This document shows, in pieces, positions 9,863 to 18,331 of a DNA stretch of 64,000 nt; positions within the stretch are counted from its first letter, which is position 1, and each line of letters starts with the position of its first letter. Position numbers and translations under genes: made by a program. The notes below the pieces were generated by a model. That model saw only the letters and a list, made by a program, of their open reading frames with translations. It ran no database searches and was not told the origin of the DNA. Where the stretch lies: contig JBAOHO010000029.1 in assembly GCA_037045355.1 (NCBI GenBank), forward strand, positions 139,030-203,029, given 5' to 3'. The DNA comes from Candidatus Nanopelagicales bacterium (lineage in GTDB: Bacteria > Actinomycetota > Actinomycetes > S36-B12 > GCA-2699445).

Positions 9863-10597
9863 CTACTCGACGGAACCGACTCTCGTCGCGGTCAGAACAG
9901 CGGCTACCTGATTGTTGCTGGCGGTGGCGGCCATGTCGGAATCACACACCAGCGCGACGGCCTGTCCGGCAGTCACGGTCATGGCGTATGACACCGAAAC
10001 GGGCGCGTACTCGAATGCGGCCCCGTTACCGGTGAACTTCCCCAGCCACAGGTTGGCGACATCGGACACCGGCACCCCATCGCGGGCAAGGTCGCAGTAG
10101 ACGAATCCGTTCTGGTTCGACGAGACCAGGGCGGATGCGGTCACCAGGTAGCTTCCCGCCGGTAACGTCCGGCCCACGACTGCGGTGTCGGTCGTCAGGA
10201 TGTTCACGGCGGTGAATGGTGCAACAACTTGGTAGGTGGGTCCGTTCGGCCCCTCCGGACCGGTCTGCCCCTGAGGGCCCGTCTGCCCCTGAGGACCGGT
10301 GGCGCCTTGAGGACCAGTAGCGCCAGTCGGGCCCGCCGCACCGGGACGGCCGTCGACTCCCTGTGGCCCGCGGGGCCCCTGAACGTTCCAGGACACCTTG
10401 CGTTCATTCTTCTTGCAGGGCGTCTCTTTGGATTTGACGATTCGGACTTGGCCGGTCTTCTTCTTGATGCAGGCGACCACCCTGGACTCCGCATCGGCAG
10501 CCCAAGCCGGGTGGCCACCCACGAACCCCCCGGCGGTCAGAACCAGAGCCACCAGGGCTACAGCCAGAACATGTTTCCTAACGGGAACGACCGACAC
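9863..10597 (-). CDS. secreted collagen-like triple-helix repeat protein
   Basis: Signal peptide (...[17 protein letters not shown]), then a Cys-bracketed basic stalk ([20 protein letters not shown]). Next come 16 uninterrupted G-X-Y triplets ([24 protein letters not shown]...GPNGPT, DNA 10235-10378) and a C-terminal globular domain of about 120 aa. Confidence 0.85.
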   Translation of the reverse strand: MSVVPVRKHVLAVALVALVLTAGGFVGGHPAWAADAESRVVACIKKKTGQVRIVKSKETPCKKNERKVSWNVQGPRGPQGVDGRPGAAGPTGATGPQGATGPQGQTGPQGQTGPEGPNGPTYQVVAPFTAVNILTTDTAVVGRTLPAGSYLVTASALVSSNQNGFVYCDLARDGVPVSDVANLWLGKFTGNGAAFEYAPVSVSYAMTVTAGQAVALVCDSDMAATASNNQVAAVLTATRVGSVE

Positions 10598-10646
10598 AGC
10601 AGCCTCCTACGTCGAAGGGACTACCTCAGAGTAGGAGCTTGGCTGA

Positions 10647-11156
10647 TCACACCCACTGGTACACGGTGACTCCGCCCGTGCTGGCGTTCGGCTTCACGGA
10701 GATCCGGGCGCTGTCGTTGCCCTTGACGAAGATCGTGATGCCGCGGGAAGTCCCGTAGTCCTCCCAACCGTTGGCAATCATGTCCTTCTTCTGGGCCTTG
10801 GTGACCGCGTCGACCTCTCCGGGGGCCATGTACTCGACCGCCTTCACCGGGTGGTCGGAGGTCGTCTCGATCGGTTCCCCGGTTCCGGTCGCTTGGACCA
10901 CGCCTTCGCTCGGGGCCGGGATGTCGGTTGGCCAGTCGGCCGGCGGCTCGGTGGCATTCGACAACACGAGATCCCAATCCCCGACCTTCACCGTGAATGT
11001 ATCCGCGGAGGCCGTGGGAGCGCCGGAAGCTGAGGCGGAACTTTCGGGCGAAGTGCTCGGCGATGACGTCGTGGTGCCGGTCCCGCCGGAGCATCCCGCG
11101 ATGACCATGACCGCCGCTGCGCCTACCCCGATGATTCCGATGACCCTGCTGCCCAT
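10647..11156 (-). CDS. lipoprotein, function unknown
   Basis: Lipobox ...AVMVIAGCSGG followed by a Ser/Thr-rich tether and a domain of about 110 aa. It is divergent from the GH64 gene. Confidence 0.6.
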   Translation of the reverse strand: MGSRVIGIIGVGAAAVMVIAGCSGGTGTTTSSPSTSPESSASASGAPTASADTFTVKVGDWDLVLSNATEPPADWPTDIPAPSEGVVQATGTGEPIETTSDHPVKAVEYMAPGEVDAVTKAQKKDMIANGWEDYGTSRGITIFVKGNDSARISVKPNASTGGVTVYQWV

Positions 11157-11358
11157 GATCCCTCCAGACCCAAGTGCCTACACTCCAGTGCACCACATCC
11201 CCGCCTGGGCTCGGATCCGGGGGAATGCTGCGCTGGGCCCGGGCTCGCATCCCGTCTGCAGCACCACTGCGCTGTTCGGGCGGATTTGCGTGTCTCGGCG
11301 ATGGATTTGCGTGTTACATACGGATGACCGAAGCGCTCTCTGTGCCGATGGTGGCAAT

Positions 11359-13134
11359 ATGACTCGGATTCGCCGTCTGCTCACGACAGTCACTGCTGTC
11401 GCCGTCACGACTCCGGGGCTGATCGTCACCACCGCGACCCCCAGCAATGCTTCAGAGGGCCTGAAGGTCGTGGTGGTGAACAACAATCCGGAGTACCGCG
11501 CGGACCAGGTGTGGGTCAAGGCGACCGGAAACGGTGCGGCGGCGCCGGAGTTGCCGTTGTCGCAGCGGTCATCGTTCACGCTGGACAGTGTCAGTTCCGG
11601 CCGCGTGTGGGTCACGTTGGGCAAACCGTTGAACTCGTCGACGTTCCCGAGCCCTGACACCTCGGATGTGCGTTTCGACACCGTCGAGTTGACCTATCCC
11701 GGGGTGGCGAACCTGACTGCGGTGGACATGCTCGGGATCCCGATGGATATCGAGACGTTCGACGCGGCGGGGAATCTGGTGGCGTCCAAGAAGTTCGCGT
11801 GTTACACCGACGTGATCCAAGACACCGTCAAGGACCGGTTGACCGCAGCGGGTGGGGACTACCGCAAGGTGGTCCGCACCGACGCCAACGGCAACTTTCT
11901 GCGCCTGGTGTCTCCGAACATCGTCTCCGGCGCCCATCCCAGCGGTTACCCGCGATTCGAGTCCTACATCAGCTCACTGAAGGGCGAACAGCTGACCGTG
12001 CGCGGTACGGCGATGGGCAAGAACTACCGATACACCGGCACGTTCGCCGACGACCCCCACGATCCCAACGGTCCGGGATCGATCCGGCTGACCGATCAAG
12101 GTCCCGACCAGTTGGCCCCGATGTACGTCAAGGGCAGTTCGCTGGCCGGTAACGACAGTAACGACACCAACGGCATCTACGGCAACAACAGTCCCTACTA
12201 CGTGGACGGCAAACTGCACTCCGGTAACGACGTCTACGGTGCGGTCTACCGCGACCTGGTCGCCGGGTTCGCCTACGGATTTTGGGGCAGTCCCGCCTAC
12301 GGCAACGACAGCGGCCGCTTCGACGTGTCCACCGCGCCGGGCCCGTTCGAAGGCGCCCAACCCGACGCCGCGAACTACAACGTGTGGGCCGCGGCGCTGT
12401 GGCCGATCACTGACGCCTACGGCTTCCCGTACGGTGACACGTTCAACCACCAGCCCGACCGCAACCCGATCGTCGAGCTGCCGACCGATGGCACGCTGAA
12501 GATCACCATCGATCCCGACACCAGCCCGGCCGGATGCGCCGGCGGTACCACCCCGACGCCGACACCGACACCCACGCCCACGGTCACGACTGCGCCCCCG
12601 GCCACCCCCACGCCGACACCGACACCCACGCCCACGGTCACGACTGCGCCCCCGGCCACCTCCACGCCGACACCGCACCGACACCGACGCCCACGGTCAC
12701 GACGGCGCCCCCGGCCACCCCGACGTCCACGCCGACGCCGACACCGACAGACGACACAGACTACCAGCCGATCGACGCCTTGCGTGCGTTCCGCCTACGA
12801 GCGGATCGAGGCCGAGGCGCCCACCGCCACCAACGGCGGCGTGATCGACGGCGGCCATGTCGGCAACCTCGGTAACGGCGACTGGCTCGAATACGGCACC
12901 GTCGACTTCGGCAGCAGCGGCCCCTACCAGGTCAACTCCCTGGTCTCCGGCGGCTCGTCGGGCTCCGGCCTGGTCACCTACCGCGTCGACTCCCCCACCG
13001 GACCTGTCGTGGCGGACTTCGCCATCGCCAACACCGGCGGCTGGAACACCTACAAGCAGATCCCCGCCAACGCCGGCGGAGTCACCGGCGAACATAAGCT
13101 GTACGTCACCTTCACAGTCCGGCTACTCCGGTGA
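11359..13134 (+). CDS. GH64-like beta-1,3-glucanase with P/T linker and CBM6-like module; the ORF ends prematurely after a frame break near 13115
   Basis: ATG 11359 gives a signal-like N-terminus (MTRIRRLLTTVTAVAVTTPGLIVTTATPSNA). The body resembles laminaripentaose-producing GH64 enzymes as I remember them (VVVNNN..., SGRVWVTLGKPL, RFDTVELTY...AVDMLG with candidate catalytic E and D, AYGFPYGDTFNH). It is followed by a carbohydrate-binding module (SAYERIEAE...GNGDWLEYGTVDF...TGGWNTYKQIP). The ORF-track start 10771 overlaps the opposite-strand lipoprotein gene and was rejected. Confidence 0.7.
   Translation: MTRIRRLLTTVTAVAVTTPGLIVTTATPSNASEGLKVVVVNNNPEYRADQVWVKATGNGAAAPELPLSQRSSFTLDSVSSGRVWVTLGKPLNSSTFPSPDTSDVRFDTVELTYPGVANLTAVDMLGIPMDIETFDAAGNLVASKKFACYTDVIQDTVKDRLTAAGGDYRKVVRTDANGNFLRLVSPNIVSGAHPSGYPRFESYISSLKGEQLTVRGTAMGKNYRYTGTFADDPHDPNGPGSIRLTDQGPDQLAPMYVKGSSLAGNDSNDTNGIYGNNSPYYVDGKLHSGNDVYGAVYRDLVAGFAYGFWGSPAYGNDSGRFDVSTAPGPFEGAQPDAANYNVWAAALWPITDAYGFPYGDTFNHQPDRNPIVELPTDGTLKITIDPDTSPAGCAGGTTPTPTPTPTPTVTTAPPATPTPTPTPTPTVTTAPPATSTPTPHRHRRPRSRRRPRPPRRPRRRRHRQTTQTTSRSTPCVRSAYERIEAEAPTATNGGVIDGGHVGNLGNGDWLEYGTVDFGSSGPYQVNSLVSGGSSGSGLVTYRVDSPTGPVVADFAIANTGGWNTYKQIPANAGGVTGEHKLYVTFTVRLLR
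12556..12722 (+). repeat. 54-bp tandem repeat x3 encoding the TPTPTPTPTVTTAPPAT linker; the third copy carries about 5 extra nt
   Basis: Copies start at 12556, 12610 and 12664. The first two are near-identical. The third reads ...ccgacaccgCACCGacaccgacgccc..., which changes the frame. Confidence 0.85.
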
Positions 13135-13812
13135 CTACGTCAACCTCGACCGGTTCCAGTTCTCGGTCAAGGGCGCGCCGCGTCCGGACCTGATGTCGGC
13201 CTACACCGTCACCGAGGCCGAGCAGACCGCTGACCGCCACCGCAAGGTGACCGCCGACGACCGCGTCGTCCGACTGCGCAAGGGCACGTGGCTGGACTAC
13301 GGCACCGTCGACTTCGGCAAGCGCGGACCGGCCGAGGTTGACCTCACTGGTGGCCAACGCCTCGTCGCGCCCCGCGACGGTGTCATTCCGACTCGATGCG
13401 CGCACCGGACGCAAGATCGCCGACTTCACCGTCGTCGGGCAAGGCCGGCGGGGACAGCTTCAAGCAGTACCGCACCAAGACCCGTCCCGTGACCGGCACC
13501 CACCGCCTGTTCGTGACGGCCACCTCGAAGACACAAGCGCGGTGCCGTCGACTTCGACCGGTTCCAGTTCTCGGTCAAGGGCGCACCACGTCCCAACCTG
13601 ACCACCGTCGCCGCCCGTTCGGTCTCGGCCACGCCCTGCCCGACCCCAACTCCGACCCCCACCCCCACCACCCCGACACCGACGCCGACACCAGACACCG
13701 ACACCGACACCCCACACCTACACAGACGCCGACTCCAACACCCACCCCGACACCGACGCCGACCCAGACGGCGACCCCGACCCCGACGCCGACAGCCACC
13801 GCGCCGACCGGT
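13135..13812 (+). pseudogene. frame-scrambled second CBM6-like module plus P/T linker, linking the GH64 ORF to the downstream CBM6-phosphoesterase ORF
   Basis: Pieces of one module are readable in three frames. In order: SGYSGDYVNLDRFQFSVKGAPRP...GTWLDYGTVDFGKRGPAEV; then TSLVANASSRPATVSFRLDARTGRKIADFTVVG; then AGGDSFKQYRTKTRPVTGTHRLFVTATSK; then GAVDFDRFQFSVKGAPRPNL...PTPTPTPTP. I saw no stop codon in the stitched reading. Confidence 0.55.
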
Positions 13813-15201
13813 AGCCGCTCCGCCTACGAGCCCATCGAGGGCGAGTCCGCCGATGCCAACAATGGAGCCCGCATCGACGGTGGACGGGTATCCGACCTCG
13901 GCAACGGCGACTGGCTGTCCTATCGCGACGTCGACTTCGGCGCGATCGGTCCGCACCAGATCTACTCGCTGGTCGCCGGCGGTTCGTCGGGCTCAGGGCT
14001 GGTCAGCTACCGCATCGATTCGCCGACCGGACCCGTGATCGGGAACTTCGCCGTCGGAAACACTGGCGGATGGGACACGTTCAAGCAGATCCCTAGCAAC
14101 GTGTCCTCCTCACCGACAGGTCGACATGACGTGTACATCACCTTCAGTTCCGGCTACCGCAGTGAATACGTCACTCTCGACCGGTTCCAGTTCCAGGTCA
14201 GGGGCGGACCGGTTCCCAATCTGAAGCAGCCGGGTACTCCTACGCCCGCTCCCACGACCTCCCCGACGGGTTCTGCAACGCCGACGGCAACGAGTAGTCC
14301 GACACCGACACCGCCACCGACACCGACACCGCCACCCACGCCCACACCGACGTCAGTGCCGTCGCAGCCAGGTGACGTGGTCATCGCTGCCGCTGGTGAT
14401 ATCGCTTCGGGCACCGACGGTGGGGACTCGCGGTACACCGCGGATCTGGTGATGAGCAACATCAACCGCTACCACAAGGTCCTGGCGTTGGGAGACCTGC
14501 AGTACCCCGACGGCCGTTACAGCGACTTCATCACCTCCTACGACAAGACCTGGGGCCGGTTCAAGAACAAGACCGCGCCGATCATGGGTAACCACGAGGC
14601 CGACGGCGCCGGGTACTGGGACTACTTCAACGGCATCGGCGTCACTGAGGGCCCCGCCGGCACCCGGAACAAGGGCTGGTACTCCTACGACACCGGCGAC
14701 TCCGCGACCAGCGGCTGGCACATCGTGGCGCTGAACTCCGAATGCATGGGCAAACCATGCGGCACCGAGCAGCTGGCCTGGCTGCAAGCCGATCTGGCCG
14801 CCAGCCAGAAGCAGTGCACCGCCGCGTACTGGCACAAACCTCGCTTCTCGTCCGGCAGCCACGGAAACGACTCAGCCATGCAGCCGTTGTGGAACCTGAT
14901 GAACCAGTACAACGCCGAAATCGTGCTCAGCGGCCACGACCACAACTACGAACGGTTCGCCCCCATGAACACATCCGGGGTCCGCGATGACGCCCGCGGT
15001 GTGCGACAGTTCGTGGTCGGCACCGGAGGCATCGGATTTCGCAGCGTCGGCAATACGGCCAACTCACAGGCCCGCAACGCCAACACCCACGGAGTCCTGG
15101 AACTGACCCTCAAGGCCAACTCCTACGACTTCAACTTCGCCCGCGCCAACTACCCCGGAAACGGCACCTTCACCGACTCCGGCAGCGCCACCTGCCACTG
15201 A
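13396..15201 (+). CDS. CBM6-like module + P/T linker + calcineurin-like metallophosphoesterase (the first ~130 codons of the ORF are out of frame relative to the upstream module)
   Basis: From about 13813 there is a third CBM copy (SAYEPIEGE...GNGDWLSYRDVDF...TGGWDTFKQIP...YVTLDRFQFQVRG). After a linker comes a phosphoesterase domain (VIAAAGDIA, LALGDLQY, GNHE, WHKPRFSSGSHG, LSGHDHNYERF). Confidence 0.75.
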   Translation: MRAPDARSPTSPSSGKAGGDSFKQYRTKTRPVTGTHRLFVTATSKTQARCRRLRPVPVLGQGRTTSQPDHRRRPFGLGHALPDPNSDPHPHHPDTDADTRHRHRHPTPTQTPTPTPTPTPTPTQTATPTPTPTATAPTGSRSAYEPIEGESADANNGARIDGGRVSDLGNGDWLSYRDVDFGAIGPHQIYSLVAGGSSGSGLVSYRIDSPTGPVIGNFAVGNTGGWDTFKQIPSNVSSSPTGRHDVYITFSSGYRSEYVTLDRFQFQVRGGPVPNLKQPGTPTPAPTTSPTGSATPTATSSPTPTPPPTPTPPPTPTPTSVPSQPGDVVIAAAGDIASGTDGGDSRYTADLVMSNINRYHKVLALGDLQYPDGRYSDFITSYDKTWGRFKNKTAPIMGNHEADGAGYWDYFNGIGVTEGPAGTRNKGWYSYDTGDSATSGWHIVALNSECMGKPCGTEQLAWLQADLAASQKQCTAAYWHKPRFSSGSHGNDSAMQPLWNLMNQYNAEIVLSGHDHNYERFAPMNTSGVRDDARGVRQFVVGTGGIGFRSVGNTANSQARNANTHGVLELTLKANSYDFNFARANYPGNGTFTDSGSATCH

Positions 15202-15232
15202 GGACCGAGAACTCACCTGTCGACCAACGCGG

Positions 15233-18200
15233 TCAGAACGTGTTCTCACCCGAAGACTGTCGGGGGAACATCCGCCGACGATCGTCTGAGCCAGACTGCC
15301 GGAAGTCGGAGTCCCCGGCAGTCTGGCTCGACCAATCCCTCACAGCAGTGGCCACCTCCGCTCTCGAGCGCACCCCCAATCGGAGGAAGATCCGCCTCAG
15401 GTGAGACTCGACAGTCCTGGTGCTGATGAACAACTGCGCCGCGATCTCCCTGTTGCCTCTCCCTCGTTCCACCAGATTCGCAACCTCGATTTCACGCTTG
15501 CTGAGGGCCGCCGGACCGCCACCTAGGGCACCTGAGTCGTTTCGGTGCGGAAGCCGAATCCCTGTCACACGCAGATATCTGCGGACCTCAGACGCAAGCC
15601 CGACGGCGCCGCTGCGGTCATAGAACGCAAGCGCTCGCGTCAGCCGCTCGACTCCCTCGACTGTGAGCCCTAACGCCAACTCAGCGCGCGCAGCCGTCAC
15701 TTCCGCCTTGGCGAGCTCCACGGGCAGTTCGCGATCCGCGACGGCGATGACTGCCTCGTCCGCCGCACTCAGCGCCGCCTGGGAATCGCCCTCTGCCAGC
15801 AGGACAGTGGCCATGGCCCGCTTCGCCCAACAGGTCAGCAGGGGCGGCTGGCCCTCCCCCGATTGCTGTAGAGCCCATTCCGCCCAGTGCCGGGCTCGTG
15901 CGACATCCTGTGCCGCGAGTTCCGATTGGGTGAGGAGCTCCAGGACCAGACCGAGGGTCACGGAGACGACCTGGTCGAGACCCGGGCCTCCGCAGTGATC
16001 GAGCAGAAGCAGACGCGCCCGACATGGGTTACCCAGGCTGAGCCAGACCGGCGCCACGGAAGCCGCGACGGTTGCACGGGCTGCGGCTCTGCGTGTCTTG
16101 GGGAGGATGTCCTCGGCTGACTCCGCGGCTCGTCTGGCCGCCGAAATGTCGCCGGCCACCGCACAAAGCAGAGCTCGCCGAGCCATCGCAACCGCCACCA
16201 TCTCGGGGTCGCCGGTCATCCGGGCGGTGTCCTCCGCGTCGAGATTCACATCCTCGGCGCGATCAAACCTGCCCAGCGCCGACCACGCTCCCTCGCTCAC
16301 GGCTCGCAGCATGCTCTGGGCCGCCGCGTTACCGCTGGCTTCCGCGGCGAGGAGTCCTGCATCGGCCAACCGCAGGGCAAGGCGGGGACGTCCGAGCCAC
16401 TGCTGCACGGAACCCAGTAATCCGACAGCGTCGGCCCATCTCCTGCGCTCATCGTCCGGGAGTACGTCGAACTTCGCCTGCGCCTGCTCAGCCATTGCTG
16501 CCGTCAGAACTCCGTCACCCAATCGGGCCTCCGAAAACGCCCGAGCGGCGGTGACCGAGAACTGCATGGCTACCGTCCCGTGGGAGTCCGCGATTGACGC
16601 CGCATTCGCGCCCCACTGTCGAGCCTGCTCAACGTCGGCACGGCGGACCACATGGAGCATTGCCAGACACTCCAGCGCCATCCGCTCGACCGAAGGGGCA
16701 CTGGGCAGTTGGTCCAGGATCGGCTCGATACGCGTCCGAGCCTGGTCGTCGCGGCCGAGCCAAGTCTCCGCGCGAACCACCGTGGCGATGAGAGCCGCTC
16801 TTGCGATCACGGTCTCCTGGGCGCTGCGCTCCATCCGTTCGATCATCAGCTCGCGAGCAGTATCAGCGTGTCCCGCCGCAATCAGACAATCCGCCTGCGC
16901 GACGGCCAGGAAACTACGTGCGGCCGCCTCCGGGCCGGACGACGGACAGAGCCGCAGCGCCGCACCGTACCAACGCGCAGCCGAACCAGGCGTGTAGGGG
17001 CGAGCCTCTGCAGCAGCATCCCCCAGAGTCTGCATCGCTTCAGCATCTCCGGGCACAGCGCCCCGCTCCAGATGGGGGGCGATCTGAACCGCAGATGCCC
17101 CCCGCTCCTTCAGAAGCGCCGCGGCACGGCGGTGACAGTCCATCCGCCAACCGGGCCCAGCCGCCTGATAGACGACCGTGGCCACGATGGGATGACGGAA
17201 TGTGAAGGTCACGTGGTGATCCGCGACCGGCTCGACCAGCCCCACGGCACACAACTCATCGACCGACCGCCCCGCATCCTCATCCGACATGCCCGCAAGA
17301 GCCGCGCACAGGTATAGATCGAAGTGATCCGCCACTACCGCACCAGTGCGCGCCAACAGGCGAGCCTGGGGGCTTACCGCAGCCAACTGCCCGAGGATGC
17401 TGTCGATCACGGGCGCCGGCCAACGTGACTGAGAATCTTGCCCCGGTGACGAATGGCTGGGCAGCGGGTTTCGAGCGGCCTTGGCCAGTTCGGTGAGGTA
17501 GAAGGGATTGCCGCCGGAGATCTCCAGGATCTCGTTTCGCTGCTGCACCGAAATGTCGGTGAGAATCTCGACCGCCGACAGTCGATCGAGCGGCCCCAAC
17601 TCAATGGTCTCCCGAAGCGTCCCGCCCACATCAGGACTGGTTGCCGTCCCTGAGCGCACAGCGAAACCGACCAGCAGTGGGACGCGTAACCCACGCCGGA
17701 TCAAGTAGTTCAGGACAGCACTCGTCGCTTCGTCACTCCACTGCATGTCGTCGATGAGGAGCGCCACACCCGCGTGTTCCGCCGCCAAGGCAGCCAAGGC
17801 GTGCCTGGTCGCCCGGGCGACCAGGAGGTTGTCGGGTCTGGTGTGACGTCGATCCGCCGCTACTCGCAATCGCAGGCCCGGCAAGACCGCCGCCAGGTCC
17901 TGTATTTCGAACCGGTCGAGGTGGTCGCCCTCCGGGGCGTCCGATGTGGTTCGGACCGGGAGATCGATGAGTAGTTCGTCCAGCAGAGCGATGAGCAGGC
18001 TGAAAGCGCGGTCCTGCTCGGCCCGGGCAGCGGACGCCCGCACGACGATCATCCGCTGATTCGCCGCCTCGTCCGCCAATACGTTCAGCAACGCGCTCTT
18101 GCCGATCCCGGGAGGTCCACTGATCTCAACGAGTCGCACTGACTCAGGGCGTTCGGGGCCATTGGCCGATACGGACTGAAGCGGCAATACGGCGCGGCGC

Positions 18201-18250
18201 AACTGTTCCATCTCGGTTTCGCGACCGCGGAGGAACTGCGAGTTCGGCAC
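15233..18250 (-). CDS. LAL-type (large ATP-binding LuxR family) transcriptional regulator
   Basis: 1005 aa. It has an N-terminal Walker A motif (ISGPPGIGKSAL), a long helical/TPR-like middle region, and a C-terminal LuxR HTH (LSKREIEVANLVERGRGNREIAAQLFISTRTVESHLRRIFLRLGV). Confidence 0.9.
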   Translation of the reverse strand: MPNSQFLRGRETEMEQLRRAVLPLQSVSANGPERPESVRLVEISGPPGIGKSALLNVLADEAANQRMIVVRASAARAEQDRAFSLLIALLDELLIDLPVRTTSDAPEGDHLDRFEIQDLAAVLPGLRLRVAADRRHTRPDNLLVARATRHALAALAAEHAGVALLIDDMQWSDEATSAVLNYLIRRGLRVPLLVGFAVRSGTATSPDVGGTLRETIELGPLDRLSAVEILTDISVQQRNEILEISGGNPFYLTELAKAARNPLPSHSSPGQDSQSRWPAPVIDSILGQLAAVSPQARLLARTGAVVADHFDLYLCAALAGMSDEDAGRSVDELCAVGLVEPVADHHVTFTFRHPIVATVVYQAAGPGWRMDCHRRAAALLKERGASAVQIAPHLERGAVPGDAEAMQTLGDAAAEARPYTPGSAARWYGAALRLCPSSGPEAAARSFLAVAQADCLIAAGHADTARELMIERMERSAQETVIARAALIATVVRAETWLGRDDQARTRIEPILDQLPSAPSVERMALECLAMLHVVRRADVEQARQWGANAASIADSHGTVAMQFSVTAARAFSEARLGDGVLTAAMAEQAQAKFDVLPDDERRRWADAVGLLGSVQQWLGRPRLALRLADAGLLAAEASGNAAAQSMLRAVSEGAWSALGRFDRAEDVNLDAEDTARMTGDPEMVAVAMARRALLCAVAGDISAARRAAESAEDILPKTRRAAARATVAASVAPVWLSLGNPCRARLLLLDHCGGPGLDQVVSVTLGLVLELLTQSELAAQDVARARHWAEWALQQSGEGQPPLLTCWAKRAMATVLLAEGDSQAALSAADEAVIAVADRELPVELAKAEVTAARAELALGLTVEGVERLTRALAFYDRSGAVGLASEVRRYLRVTGIRLPHRNDSGALGGGPAALSKREIEVANLVERGRGNREIAAQLFISTRTVESHLRRIFLRLGVRSRAEVATAVRDWSSQTAGDSDFRQSGSDDRRRMFPRQSSGENTF

Positions 18251-18331
18251 TCCCCAACAGTGCCCGCTGAGTAGCCCGCGTGCTACCCGTCTCGTCCGGT
18301 CGGGCGCATCCAGACCGGACGTGATACCCGA

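Noticed and set aside
10771-11358. N-terminal 196 codons of the 787-aa ORF-track entry
   Set aside because: This stretch overlaps the opposite-strand lipoprotein gene (10647-11156) and the divergent promoter region. A good signal-peptide start exists at ATG 11359.
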